Notes under the pieces: model-generated | Databases searched by the model: none | What the model was told of the DNA's origin: nothing | The model's input: the letters and a program-made list of their open reading frames with translations, nothing else | DNA from: the human T2T-CHM13v2.0 reference genome, Homo sapiens | Assembly: GCF_009914755.1 (NCBI RefSeq) | Contig: NC_060934.1 | Direction: 5' to 3' (one strand) | Length of the DNA stretch: 64,000 nucleotides | Shown: piece after piece, positions 1 to 15,758 of the stretch | How the letters are laid out: each line of letters opens with the position of its first letter | Position numbering within the stretch: position 1 is the first letter of the stretch | Position numbers and translations under genes: made by a program

Positions 1-563
1 GAAGCCCACCAGTTCTGCAGTCCACTTTGACCATCTCACATGCAGCGTCCACACGCTGCCTCAGAAATTCCTCACACTCACCAAGCTCCCCAAGTCTGTG
101 TCTGCTCTGGTCCTGCCCCCTCCTCTCTGCTTCTTTCCCCGCCTCCCTGACCTCCTCTCGTCTCCCTCTGTGGGGTCTGTCCCTCCCTGCTTCCTGCCTG
201 GCCCCATCTTGGCAGCCTCTGCTCTGGCTTTCGAAGGCCTGTCAGCGCATTCTGCGTGGCATCCTCGCCAGTGCAGGCAAGGAGAGCCTCATGTTCCATT
301 CCGGCTGCTGGGACCGCCTGTTTGTGGGGACACCCTCTCCCGTCCCCTCCTGACAGGTGATGGCAATTAGTCATCCTGATCTTTCACACTGGATTCAACT
401 ACTGATCCCAGTGTGGACTGTGCTCCAGGCTGGGAGGTGATATCCTAAACACCTCCTCTCCTGTGGGACAGGGGGACATCTTCAAGGCTCGTCCTGAGAT
501 GGGCACAGGTTATGATCTCACAATCTGTGGCCAGCCAGCATCAGCTTGAGACACAGTCATGTG

Positions 564-648
564 TAGGATTGCCAAACTGTTGTCCATCTGAAATTAAAAT
601 TGAACTGGCATCATGTTATTTTTTGTTTTGACTAAGTCTGGCAACCCT
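564..648. mobile_element. MER53-like hAT DNA transposon remnant (internally deleted)
   Basis: Terminal inverted motifs TAGGATTGCCA...TGGCAACCCT and internal TCTGAAATTAAAATTGAACTGG. Confidence 0.6.
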
Positions 649-3401
649 GGTCAGGAGGCTAAAGCTGGTGAGGTTGCAGTAAGTTGTAGAGGAGGACTCC
701 TCACCCACAAACTCTAGAACAGGTACCCATGGAGTTTTTACACCTGCAACACTTTTAAAAAGAGGATAGAAAGATGGATGTTCTGGAAGACAAATTATTG
801 TCTATTTAGAGGTGGATGAGCTTCTAGGACTCTTCCAGCCCTGAGCCCGATAATTCCAGGCTCTCACATCTGTGTTTTGGGAATATGGCTGTATTTAAAG
901 TACTGTGAACTCTGAGGTCTGCCCCAGGCCTTTTTTCTCTCAGGAGTCAAGCTCGGGATTTCACGGCTGTCTGTGAGAGCTACAGAAAGCAACTGGCAGT
1001 GACCCTAAATGCCAAAGGGCCTGGAGATTGATGAGGTGGAGGGAAGATCGCAACAGACTTTAGCAGGAAGGGAAATGAAATTTAAGATAAGTTTCTGCAT
1101 ATTGAATCCTAATTTTTCATTCACTTTCATTCATTCATTCATCTGGATGCCACTCCAGATTCCTCTGGAGGGGAAATTTTGACCTCCAAAATGTAAGATG
1201 TAATGAAATGACTTTAAAAAAAAATAGCTAAATTGCATATTTTAAGAGAAAATATTTTCCAAGGTAATATTCAAAATAGATTTCCAAGCATAAACACAAA
1301 GCGATTACAAGTGTGTTTGGCCCAGAGTTTCAAAACATCCAGTGACAGCTTAATTGAGCAGAACACTAGGCTCATAAACCTCTTTTTCTCAGTTTCCTAC
1401 AGCAGCAGACATCGCTGCGTTTCTTGGCTGTGTGGGTTGCATTTCAGGGCACGCTGAGAGCTGCTGCCTCCATAGGTGTCATCCAAGTTTCTCTAAGCAA
1501 AGTCAGGTGGAGGTGTCAAATTAGCAGTCAGGCAGTGGGTCCACAGGCAGCACAGGTGATGGGGCAGGGGAGCAGCTCTGCAGACAGAGCTCATAAAGGG
1601 ATGTGTGGCTGCAGGCAGGAAGGGAGAGGGGGGCTCAAGGAATATCCTATAGAAGGCAGATCTCTAGGTTTTGTATTTAGAACCAGCCTCTAGATGAACA
1701 ATAACACAAAAGCACATTTCTGTTCATTGTGTTTCTACATTTGGGGTACATCTATAAACACGAAGACCAGAGCAGGAAGTTGTGGACATGGAAAAGAACT
1801 TTGCAGCACCTAGCAGTCCAGGCTCCATGAGGAAAAGAGAACTCCTTCAGGACTTACTATCGTGTGAGGAAAATCTGTGCATAGAGCCAACCTAGCCCGG
1901 GAGCCAAAGGAAGGCAGACAGAGTGAAGACAGGCAGCTTTGGCCATGGTTTTGCTATTTGCAAGTTTGGACCACAATGTGTTTCTGTTTCTCTTTCCCGC
2001 CCTCCCTGATTCCATCACCTCCAGTCTCCCCCATCTTTTCCACTTCACCCTTCTCAGTTTCCAGCAGTCAGAGGACGGGGTGTATCCTGGGCCGCACCAT
2101 CCCTTGGCTCTGTCTGTGTGGCGTGTGTGGTGGGTGCAATGGGGGTGGGTTTGTGGCTCATGAGGATGAAAATTGTTCTTCACGGTTTGGAATGCTGGCC
2201 TCATGTGGGGGCTGCTAAGATTTATCTGGAAACAGTATACTGTGAAGATTTCTGGGGTTTTGACTTAGTGCGAGAGAAGGGTTCGGGTGGGGAATTGGAG
2301 GAGGTTTTTAGGCCTTTCTTCTCCCTGTGAAGAAAAGATCAATGAGCAAATGACACCCCCACCCCAGCAGAAAGAGGGAAATAGAAGGATCTGGTTCATG
2401 GCCAAACTCACAACTGAGTATATAGATGACGAGTGAAGGGTCAATTCGGAAGAATTCTGGGAGGGAGGAGGAGGGAGATAATGGGAGAGCTGGATGCTTC
2501 TGGAGAAAGGAGGGAGTCTGAGATTCTGGATGAGAAGCATGAAGGAGAGAAGACTGTTTCAGAGAGCAGGCGAGAGAAAGAGTGATTCCAGGAGAGAGTC
2601 AGGGAGGATGGACACAGGCTTTGGGAGAAAGGCAGTGCCATTGGAATGGCGGGGGAGAAGTGCTGCAGAAGGCTCGTGTTACCGGAAGAAGCAAAGCCTC
2701 CCTCTGACCCAGGACGCAATTGTGCTGCAGCCACGTGAGGCGGAGTCAGCCTGGTCCCCATGCCATGTGGCTCAGACCAGCTCTTCATTCATTCATTCAT
2801 TCTTTCCTTTACTCATCAGAGTTCTCACTGTGTGCTGAGCCTTATGCTTCCTGCCCTCAGGAAGCTCCCTGGCTGGTGGGAGAGCCCAGCTTCAGTAAAA
2901 ACTTCCCACAGTACAGAGTGGGGCAGTCTGGATGAACCAATCATCGTTCAAGAGCTGGCAAGAGAACCCAGGGTAGGCTCGGCCCTTGGAAAGTGGAGGA
3001 CTGCCCAGCTAGTCTGTGGACTCCTTCCAGGTTTGGGTGAGCTGGCCTGGACTCTTACCCCCTGTATGGCCCACCTAAAGATTCAAGGTGGGTATTCTTG
3101 CCCACTTCAGGGGTCCCATCCTAGACACCAGGGCCCCTTTGTCCCTAGTTACCCAGGACTCCCCACCCCAGCCTCCTTTGTTCACAGTAGCATGTGCGCT
3201 CTGGGACTTCCCCTCTGTAGATCTTCCTTCCCTCAGTCTGCACAATCCTTCAGGTTTTTTTCTGATTCACTAGAAACTCACCTGAAACAGTCACTCCTCC
3301 TGAAGGCCGACAATGGATGAAACCTTCACGCCTGACCACTCTCAATCATCTTTGTTGTCATTGTCATCGTCATCATGATGTTTTGCTTTATAAGACTTCT
3401 T

Positions 3402-3701
<300 letters not shown>

Positions 3702-3884
3702 TTAATAACTTTAGTTTCAAACAACCCAATGAAGCAGATAAGCAGAGAATATTACTTCTATCTACAGGAGGGAAAAGCTGAGGCTCAGAGAGGTTAAAAG
3801 ACTTGCCAACAGTCACACAACTGGAGTGGAAAAGGCACAGTTTGAACCTGCATCCAAAGCCCTTTCTGATCCATGATACAGGTG

Positions 3885-5520
3885 GTATGGCAGAACAGTG
3901 GGGAAAGTATAGCATTTTCTCTAAATGGTGCAGGAATAACTAAGATTCATGAGTAGGGAAGGGGAATAAAATGTAATTTCTACCTTACACAGTAAACAAA
4001 ACTACTCCAAGTGGCTTAAAAAGTTAAATGTCAAAAATAAAAATTTGCATTTTTAAATAAAAATATAAGTGAATATCTTTCTGATCTTGAAGAGTATGGA
4101 ATGAATTTTAAAATAAGGCCTTAAAAGTACTAATGTTAAGATAAAAGACAGATTAAGTCAAGCACATTAAAACTAAGAATGTTCATCAAAAGACAGGCAA
4201 CTGGTTATCTACATGCAAATAAATAATGTTGAACCCCGAACCCACACCAGATGCAGAAATTGACTCAATGAATCAAAGACCTAAAGAACTAAAACTATAA
4301 ATTCCTAGAGGAAAACATAGGTGTAAATCTTTGCAACCTTGGATTAGACAATGGTTTCTTAGATGTGACTCCAAAAGCATAAGCAATAAAAGAAAAAAAA
4401 AACAGATAAATTGGACTTTATCAAAGTTAAAAAATTTGCGCTTCAAAGAACATCATCAAGAAAATAAAAAGACAACCCACAGTATGGGAGAAATTGTTTG
4501 TAAATCATACATCTGATAAAGATATATGATTATATTGTATAATATAATATATATTACATAGTTTAGATTGTATCTAGACTATAAAATAACCATTACAACT
4601 CAAAAATTAAAAAAGCCCTAAAAGATCTGAACACTTCTCAGGAAAAAAAAAACTACACAAACAGCCAACAAGTACATAAAAAGGTGATCAATATCGTTGG
4701 CCTTCGAGAAAATGCAAATCAAAATCACAATATGTTACCACTTCACACCCACCAGGATGGCTATCATCAAAAAGACAGATAATAACGAGTATTAGCCAGG
4801 ATGTGGAGAAATTGGAACCCTCCCATACACTTCTGGTGGGTATGTGAAATGATGAGGCCATTTTTGAAAACAGTCTGGAAAACACTCAAAGGGTTAAACA
4901 CAGAGTTAGTACATGATCCAGCAATTCCACTCCTGGGGATATACCAAAGAGAAATGAAAACATAGGTCCACACAAAACTTGTACAAAAATATATAAAGCA
5001 GCATTATTTGTCACAGCCCCAAAGTGGAAACAACCCAAATGCCCATCAATTGATGAATGGATAAACAAAATGTGGCTTATTATACAATATATTATTTGGC
5101 AATGGAGAAGAATGAAGAGTTAATATCTGCTACAACATGGATGAACTTTGAAGACATTATGCTGTGTGAAAGAAGCCAGTCATGAAAGACCACATATTGT
5201 ATAATGTGATTTATATAAAAGGTCCAGAATTGGCAAATATATAGAAACACAAAGTAGGTTAGGGACTGCCAAGACCGGGGGGCGAGGACAGGTGGGTAGT
5301 GGGCTGGGGGCAATAGGGTATAGGGTTTCTTTCTGGGGTGATGAAAGTATTTTAAAGCTAATCACGGTGATGATTTCATAACTCTGTGAATACAGTAAAT
5401 ACCATTGAATTATACACTTTAAACGAGTGAATGGTGTGATATGTAAATTATAGCTCAATTTTAACTTTTTAGTTTCAGAAGACAACTAAATAAAATAAAA
5501 AGACAGATCACAAACCAGAG
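3885..5520 (+). mobile_element. L1M 3' portion (ORF2 end plus 3'UTR, ~4196-5474) nested in an older L1 ORF2 fragment
   Basis: Typical L1M ORF2/3'UTR text (aatgcaaatcaaaatcacaat, ccagcaattccactcctgggg, gatgaatggataaacaaaatgtgg). The flanks carry TCAAAAGACA (4186-4195) and TCAGAAGACA (5475-5484). Confidence 0.85.
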
Positions 5521-6489
5521 GGGACCCTTTCCAGTGGGGGGAAACATCAGATCCCATGACATTGAGTAGGGATGTGCCTTTGAGCAGATGACTTTAGAGG
5601 ACTTCTAAACCACACCATTGGGTGGTACCTAGACCTGGCCTTTTCCTCTCAGGCCATTGGCAAGCTGCACCATGTTGAAAAAGTCTGGGGTTCATGGTAT
5701 GCCCAATACCTTGGACTCACTTGTCCTTTCCTAGCGAAGGAGAGTCATTTCTAGGAAAGTGGAAGACCTTGATCAAATCAGCACAGAACAGGCCACTTCA
5801 GGTAGAGGTGAGAATCCAGCCAAAGGAGGCATTCAACTATGGGCAGAGTAACACCAATGGCTTGTTGGGTTGGCTTAGCTGATGCTTCAGAATCCTTCTC
5901 CTAAGCTTGGATCCTAGGAATACAATTACATTTTGCTCTGAGGCATGTCTTGCTGACACTGGAATGATTCCATTCTCAGCACCCAATAACTTGCCCACAT
6001 ACACATACTCCATCCTACCCCAAGAGAGAAGAGCCGAGTCATATGATGGGGCTTGGAAGTCAAAAGCAGGATGACAAGGGAGAGTAAACCCCTCACCAGG
6101 CTCCTCAGGGTCTAGCTGTGCCTTCCAAAACCTGTTATGGGAACGTGTGACCCCTGAATCCATCAGTGGACAGGTTAAGTCAGCCCTGCAAATACATCCA
6201 ACAGGCTCGAAGCCAGAGACCAGGGCACCAGATCACATTGTCCTAAAGGCCCTGGAGAGTAAAGATGGGCATTCTTCCCCCAGAGGGGAAAGGCTGAGCA
6301 AAGGGCATTGCTGTCCCTCTCCCAGACTCATGCCTATTGTGTCCCTCTTCTCTGCCTCTCTCATCCTAGTTACCCTGACATAGGCCCGTCTGGAGCAAAA
6401 GCCCACACCCTAGCTTGCAGCTGCTGGGCCAAGCTGGCAACTTGGGCATTCTGTGACCAACTCCCTGGATGCTTTCTCAAAGTATGCCC

Positions 6490-6490
<1 letters not shown>

Positions 6491-6549
<59 letters not shown>

Positions 6550-6682
6550 CATCTATCTATTATGTATCTATCATCTGCCTTTCTATTACCTATCATTTAT
6601 CTATCAACAATCTATCTATTACCTATCATCTATCTTTCTGTTATTTGTCTACTAGTATCCTCTAATATCTACCTATCTATCT
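6491..6682. repeat. (CTAT)n/GATA tetranucleotide STR; ~14 perfect units then degenerate
   Basis: Perfect run at 6491-6548, degenerate to ~6682. Confidence 0.95.
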
Positions 6683-8611
6683 TATAAAGCTGGCCCAAGC
6701 AGGGGGAAAGATTCACCATGACAAAACAACATAGAGTAAAACCTGAGTATTCCTTCTCTGTTGAATTGGGCTTATTTCCTTCTAGGCTTTTCACTTAGCA
6801 TATGCAGACACATCTAATATCCATCTATACATCTACTTTCTTTTAAAGATGGTGTCACTTTTTCAGAGAGGGTCGTTTGTTTCTTTGCTTGCATTCACTG
6901 AATGGTCAGTAGACACTGCTCTGTGGGATGGTGAAACCCGGGCCTGCAGACTTAACCTAGGGAGTAAGGGAGAAGAGGCAGGCCTGGGGAGCAGGCCCAG
7001 ACCTTACACATTCTGTTGCTAACAAGGTTTGCTTTGCTTCCCCTGTCTGGTCTCAAGGAGACTCACCTCAGGGTGAGGGGAATGCCCAGTTCATTTCCAG
7101 AAGCTCTTCCAGCTTTGGCTCCTCTGAAGTAGCTACTATTATATAATCTATACATTAGAGTAAACTTACTGTAAATTAGCCATTTAACTCCCACATGCTT
7201 ATGAGTGTGTGCTGGTCCACTCCCATTTTGAAGATAGGAAACTCAGGCACAGTGAATTGGATGACTTCAAAGTCATACAGGAGTGCAAGACACCATCAGG
7301 GCCGGAACTTGGGTCAGAGTAGCCCATGTATTTAGCCACCATGCCGCCATCAGCTCCTGATCACCAGAGCACAAGTCAGTGGCCCTGAGTAGGCACAGGC
7401 CAGAATGCAGAAGACAGGCTGTGCTTGGGCCGGTAAGAACCTCAGCCAGGGTCACCAGCTCCTAGTCTACACAGTAAAGCAAGCCAGATATGTCCTCCCA
7501 GAGAGAGCCTGGCCTGACCCCGAGTGTCTGTGTAGCTAGTGGGCAGCCCAACAGCTACGCTCCCTGTGCTGGGGAGAGGGCAGGCACAGGGCCCAGGCTC
7601 AGCTGCCCTCTGGGGCAGCATCGGTGCTTTCAATTCATTCAACACAGCGTCTGAGCCTCCTGGAGTTTCCCACAGGGAGTGAAGGTCTGGCTGAGCCAGG
7701 CTGCCCAGCCTCTAGAAAGAGACTCAAAGACAACCCTCCTGTGGCTCAGAGGCTCAGAGGAGGGTTCATTCCAGGAAGGAGTCCGTCTACCCAGGAGACT
7801 CCAGGTCAGGATCCAGCTGCCTCTGCTGAAAAAGCACCCCTCCCCTGAGACAGCCATCCCACACAGACCAGCGTGGCCTAGTGAACTCACCCTGGATCCA
7901 TGTCCTGAATTATTTATTTACACCCCCGCCACCCCAGTTATCCATATCATCTGGCTGGCCTCAGGCCAAGTCGCTTTCCTCCTGGTCTTGTCTGCGGTGA
8001 CAGGACAGGGAGAGGACACATCCACAGCGGGACTGGGGAGCCTCAGCCTAGGCTTTCAGTCTTCTTCCTCTTCCTCCACCGCCACCAGCACCCCTGTCTG
8101 CCTGCAATTGAACCCAGATGCCAGGAAATATCTTGGTTGTATGGCTGAAGTGAAAACACATGGGTAGGATGAAAATCCTTCTCTGTTACAGCTTCATTAC
8201 TGCCATCCCCGGAAACTTGCAGATGCAGAGGGAGACTTCTGAGCCCAGTGTCTGGCACTGTGTGTGCAGGAAGTGCAGCCTGGACCAGCCATGGGCAGTA
8301 TGCACACGGCCTACTGGCTGCTGGCACACAGCCAAGTTCAACTAGCTTGTGGGAGAGCAGGGGGAGGGACAGAAGCTCCTCCAGCCTCAGATCCCTATTT
8401 TTCATGGCCATTCAAAAAAACTTAGGATCCCAGATACCAGTACTGGCCCTGACACTCACTGGCTGTGTGACTTCAGGTAAGTCACATCACTTCTCTGAGC
8501 CTCATCTGTAAAGTGGCGATAAAATGCCTTCTTCTTGGAGTTGCTGCAGTGTAGCAAAGGTACTTTTGGGAGGGGAAAACCAGTCTGAGGGTATAAGGGA
8601 GTTACAAAGCA

Positions 8612-8901
8612 AAGCCACAGTCCCTAGCCCACAATACCAAAGCCCTCAAAGCTCTGAGAACCAAAGCTTTTTGTAACTCAGTTGGCAGCAAAACCTGAGC
8701 TAAACTGACATGAAGCTATTTATTGCATGTAATTATCCCCCTTGGTGTAAATATTCATGTTTTGCTGCAAAAATATTACAATGTTTGATGAGACCTTGGT
8801 AGGGGAGGGATGTGTTTCTCTACAGCACATCTCGATTTCTAAAGTTCTGAAAGCTAAAACACATCCAGCCACGAGGGTTTAAATAGGGAGCTGATAACCT
8901 G
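8612..8901 (-). mobile_element. MER46C (TcMar-Tigger)
   Basis: Reverse match to the recalled consensus: taactcagttggcagcaaaacctga..ctgacatgaagctatttat..aatattcatgtt. Confidence 0.7.
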
Positions 8902-9095
8902 TTCTTGGAAATGAAGGGAAATCTATTCGTTGTTTTAGGAGGTTAAGAAAAGTAGAATGTCTAGAGTTGGGCCAGATTTGAAGCCTTTCTTAAAAGCCAC
9001 CACCCTGTCCTGCTCACATGTCAGCTGGGATCAACTCAGGAATAATTAATAGCACCATTTATCAAGCACTGACTGTGCATCAGATGTTGTGATGA

Positions 9096-9436
<341 letters not shown>

Positions 9437-10069
9437 TGATCTTGTTCTACAGATGGGGAAATGGAGGCTCAGGAAGGAAAGTGACTTGCTTATGCCTGCG
9501 AAGCTGGTAAGAGGCAGATTCAAACCTTGTCTGACTGACTCTGGGGGACTTCAAGCTGGTAAAACAGTGGAGCAAGGAAGGCGGTCTCTTTGGGACAGGG
9601 GAGGACACCCCATCCAGATCACAGTGGAGGGTTCCTCTGTTAAGCCCGAACCTCCGCCACCTTCCATCACATGTCTGCCCCTTTCTCTCCTCCTACAGGG
9701 ACCACCACCCCTAATTATGCCTGAGACTTACCTCCTTTTCCCCTCTGTGGGATTATGTGCTCCCAGACTCCCCCTGCTCCCACCCTGTTGGCTACAATTT
9801 TGAATGAGCTCATCCACAAAACAGGCCTCTTAACTTCGCAAGACTCTTGCACAGACCACACAAGGTCATGGATGTCAGTGGGCCCGTTAAGCACGGGGTG
9901 CCACGGACCACTGCAGGGGGATTAGGCAACTGCCCTGGGGAAGCAACAGGAGACGCACCAGAGGGGTCTCCCAAGGGCTCAGGCTGACCCCTGGACCATC
10001 TCCTCAGCAAAATCCATCTTTGTGACCTCCTGCCTCCTCTCCACTGACAGCCACCTGAGCCCGGGTTGG

Positions 10070-10680
10070 ATTTGTTTTTTAACTACACAAGTGAATCATG
10101 AACACATTCTCATTAGAAAAAAAATACACAAGTACACAGAGTGAACAGTGAAAATTCGACTTTACCTCTGCCCTTTCAAGCCTATTCCCTCCCTGGGGTA
10201 ACTACTGTTTACAACTGAGTATGTATCATTGCAGTCCATTTTCTTGGCGTTTATTTACGCACATATATCATTTGGATTTGTTTTGGGCGTTTTATATACA
10301 CACCTCACATAGTGTTCTGCAGCTTGCTGTTTTCTGCTTACCATATGTCTTGGAAGTCTTCCCTCTTCAGTTCATATAAGTCTGCCTCATTCATTTTAAT
10401 GGCTGCCTCCTAGCCGCCTGTGGATGCATGTGGGCTTATATCACCATTCCCCCACTGGTGAACACACAGCTCATCCATAAGTGAACATCTGGGTGTCTCT
10501 GTCATCATGGCCATAGGTCGTCTGCAAAGAACATCTCTTATGTGGACTGAGTGCCTGCTGGTGATTACTTTCTGGAAGAGGAGCGGCTGCATCAAAGAGG
10601 GTGACATTTTTCAATTGTGGCTAGCTTTGCCAAATTGCTCTCTAAAAGGCTGAATTAACTTAGGTCTCACTAATTGCACA
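10070..10680 (-). mobile_element. Ancient L1ME-type 3' fragment
   Basis: Degenerate antisense L1M 3'UTR motifs (ctcattcattttaatggctgc, ttgccaaattgctctc). Confidence 0.6.
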
Positions 10681-12819
10681 TCAGAGTTTGGGGCAGCAGT
10701 TCTGCCAGTTGACTGGGTCCAGAGCTTCCTGGTAGGTTGCTGTGAGATGGCTGGGACCCACTTCCCTGCGGAGAAGTCAGCTGGGGCTGTGGAATGAGCA
10801 GGCCCCTCTGCAGCAGTGTGTTGGGTGGGGATGACTGTTGCTTGTACATGGATCATAGAAGTGGCAATCAATACAGTGATTAGACAGAGTGGGTAAAAGC
10901 AGAGGATTTGGAGCCAAACAGATTTGTGTTTGCATCCTGGCTGCATCACCCATGAACCATCTCCAACAAATGTGACTTCTGTGAATCATTTTATCTGAAA
11001 AAGCAGAGCAGCAATGACCACATCAGAGCTATTGTAAGGCACAGAGCTATTGTAAGGTTTAACCATGATGATATACGAAAAGCACTTAGTATAGTCCCTG
11101 CATATAGTAAATGGGAGTACATGGAAATTGACATTTTTATTATGATTATCATTATAATTATTGTGAATATAATGGTGATGATTGTTAATATCCTGATGAT
11201 TGTTAATTCCAGAAATACAGGTCCCTTTCCTCTTGGTGGGGGGATCCTCTCATCCCCCACCCATGTGAGCCCCTGAGCCCTGTGCAAGCCTGGGCGCCCT
11301 GTCAGTTGGTTGGTGGCTGTCTCAGTGCCTGCTGTGTGCAGAGGTCTGAGCCCACAGGGGATGGGTGATGGTACCCAGGAGGCAGGATGAGCTGTTCTGC
11401 CTTCCAGGCTAGAAGGGTAGACAGGACCCAACCGGATAAACACCAGTAAACAGAGGTGGGGTGTCTTACAAACAGAGGCTCATGCCAACGCAGCTTCTCC
11501 GAGATAAATACATCAGAGTCAACTCACTAGGTGGGAATGGAGGGAGTGGGTGGGTGCAGAGTGTAAGTGGGTTGAAGGTGGAGGCAGGAGAGAGTGAAGC
11601 CAGACAGAAAGGCAAAGTGAAGGGCAAAAGTGAGGTGGGGGGTCGGGGAGCAGCATAGAAGGTGGCCTGTGCTCCTGGCAGCAACTATGGAGGAGAGGAG
11701 GGTGCCCTGGACCAGCTGGCCACCAGAGTCCTCCATTCAATTCCCTGCTCTGCATCTTGCCAGCTGTTGGCCTTGGGGAAATCCTGCTTCTTTTCTGGGT
11801 CTTGGTTTGAGCATCTGTAAAACGGGCCGTGCAGGGGCTGGTTCAACTTGAGTGCTCTATTCAGAGTCCTTTTCAGCCTGACGCATCTAGGAATTCCTGC
11901 CTCATAATAATATCTCTGCTCTGAGCACTCTCATCTTGAATTTGAGTCACTGTGGCCATCACCGTCACCCCTGCAAAGCGCCAGCATGCAACAGTCTACA
12001 CACTATATTTCCATCTGTTTTCTCATCTGGTCTGCCCGACAGCCTTGGGTGCAGGTGGAGTTGAGATTCGAGTCTCATCTTACAGATGAGAGACCTGGAG
12101 CTCACAGAGGTGAGATGACTTCCTGGAGACTGGAACTGAGTAGAGGGGTAGCATCTTGCCCTGCCAGGTGCCATCCCAGCAACTACCAAGCTGAGGACCA
12201 AGTTGCAGATGGTAAGTCAGACTGAACCACTCAGTGTACCCACATATATCACCCATGGTTGCTGCTGAGCCTTGGTCACACGCTCCATGCCAGGCTCTTT
12301 GCCCATGTGGTCTTGTCTAATCCTCACAGCAACTCTGAGGCAGGTATGGTTGTAAAGTTACAGATGAGGCGGTAAGGCTCAGAGAGGCTGAGTAATTGCC
12401 CCAAATCACCCAGCCAGTGAGCAGCACAGCTGCCTTCCTAAGAGTCCCAAAGATTTACCCTTCCTTTGCTCCCACCTGGAGGGGGAGCTCATGCCCTCAC
12501 TAACCCCTGAGAGACCCACTCATCATCTATTTCATTCCAACTCATCTTCAAGGCCCAGCTCCCTTGCCACCTCCAAGAAGCCCTCCCTGACCACTCTGGT
12601 GACTCCCAGGCATTCACCCTTCTCTTTCCCCTGCACTCACTTATGGGACCTTCCTGTCTGGATCTCCCTGGTGATCTTAATCACAAGGCGCTCGGGAGAA
12701 AGGGAATTCTCCTTTGTGGCCAGGGCTTGTCTTTCCAATGTGGGTTTACCTCTTTCTAAATAAATATTTTTCAATGCAATGGCAAAAGAAAAGTGTGTTT
12801 ATTATAAAAATAAAAAGTG

Positions 12820-13133
12820 GGCCAGCCGCGGTGGCTCCATACCTGTAATCCCAACACTTTGGGAGGCCAAGGTGGGCAGATCACCTGAGATCAGGAGTTC
12901 AAGACCAGCCTGGCCAACATAGTGAAACCCCATCTCTACGAAAAATACAAAAATTAGCTGGGTGTGGTGGTGCATGCCTGTAATCTCAGCTACTCGGGAG
13001 GCTGAGGCAGAAGAATCGTTTGAACCTGGCAGGCGGAAGTTGTAGTGAGCCGAGATCAAGTCTGGCTGCACTCCAGTCTGGGCCACAGAGCAAGACTCCA
13101 TCTCAAAAAAATAAATAAATAAATAAATAAATA
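12820..13133 (+). mobile_element. AluS with (TAAA)n tail
   Basis: Full Alu with a 14-bp TSD AAAAATAAAAAGTG at 12806-12819 and 13134-13147. Confidence 0.95.
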
Positions 13134-13454
13134 AAAAATAAAAAGTGTACAGAACCACTAGGCTAGTGGTTTTCCTTTCTTTAACTCCACCATATAAGGT
13201 AGGACAATCATTCCACAAACCTGAAGTTCTGTCTTAGAGTGGGCTCCCCAAGAAGCCGCCTCTGAGATGAGAATTTGAGTGCAAGTCATGTATTCGTGAG
13301 GTTTATTTGAAATCATTGACTGGTAGTTGAGTGGGGAAGTGGGACGGGGAATGGAAGTTGCCCAACAAAGAGTGTGTTTCCAACAGGTGACCACTGCAGG
13401 CAACCGGGGCTCAATCTAACTGGGAGCTCTGGGAGGCAGCACAGAACACACACG

Positions 13455-14739
<1,285 letters not shown>

Positions 14740-15431
14740 GCACGCCTCATAGTTATCTTTCCCAAGGGACAAGGGACCTGGGGTGTTTATCTGCCAATTC
14801 CCAACAGTCATGGTTTGAGGGTTACTTCTGTGGGGGAATTGATTCCCTGGCACTTCTGGGCTGCCACATGGGCAGGGCAGGCTCCAGCAGTCACAGAGAA
14901 CCCTCAGGCAAAGAGACAAGTTGCTGGAAGCTCTGGGGAGCCGGACACCAGCAGCATCTGCCACAGGTACCTGTGTGTACCAGGCTCATGGAGACACAGC
15001 AGTGAGAAAAGTCGACCAGGTGTCCACACACAGGGAACTTGTAACCTAATGGGGTAAACAGATATTTATGAAACATGATGCAAGCCTATAATAACAGATA
15101 TCATTATAAATGAGCCTAAGGAAATGTTTGTGGTTCTGGCGACAGATGGCCAGGATTGGACTCCCAAGTCTGCCTCTAGTTTAGAACAAGTTACTTAGCC
15201 TCTCTAGGGCTCAGTTTCCTCAACTGTAAAGTGGGAATTATAAATGTAGCAACATCTTAGGGTTGTTTTGAATTCATTTAAATTAATGCACATAAAACTT
15301 TCAGCACAAGGGGGTCACAGAGGACACCTGATGATTGCTAACTGGTGTTATGATCATCTTGTTTCATGTAATTAGACTTCAAAGAGCAGTTTGGCCAAGT
15401 CTGGGCTGCAGGGGCTTCTATTGGCTTTTCA

Positions 15432-15758
<327 letters not shown>

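Noticed and set aside
11024-11057. Short tandem duplications (CAGAGCTATTGTAAGG x2 here; GGTCTGAGCAAA x2 near 55938)
   Set aside because: Ordinary slippage events with nothing suggesting function.
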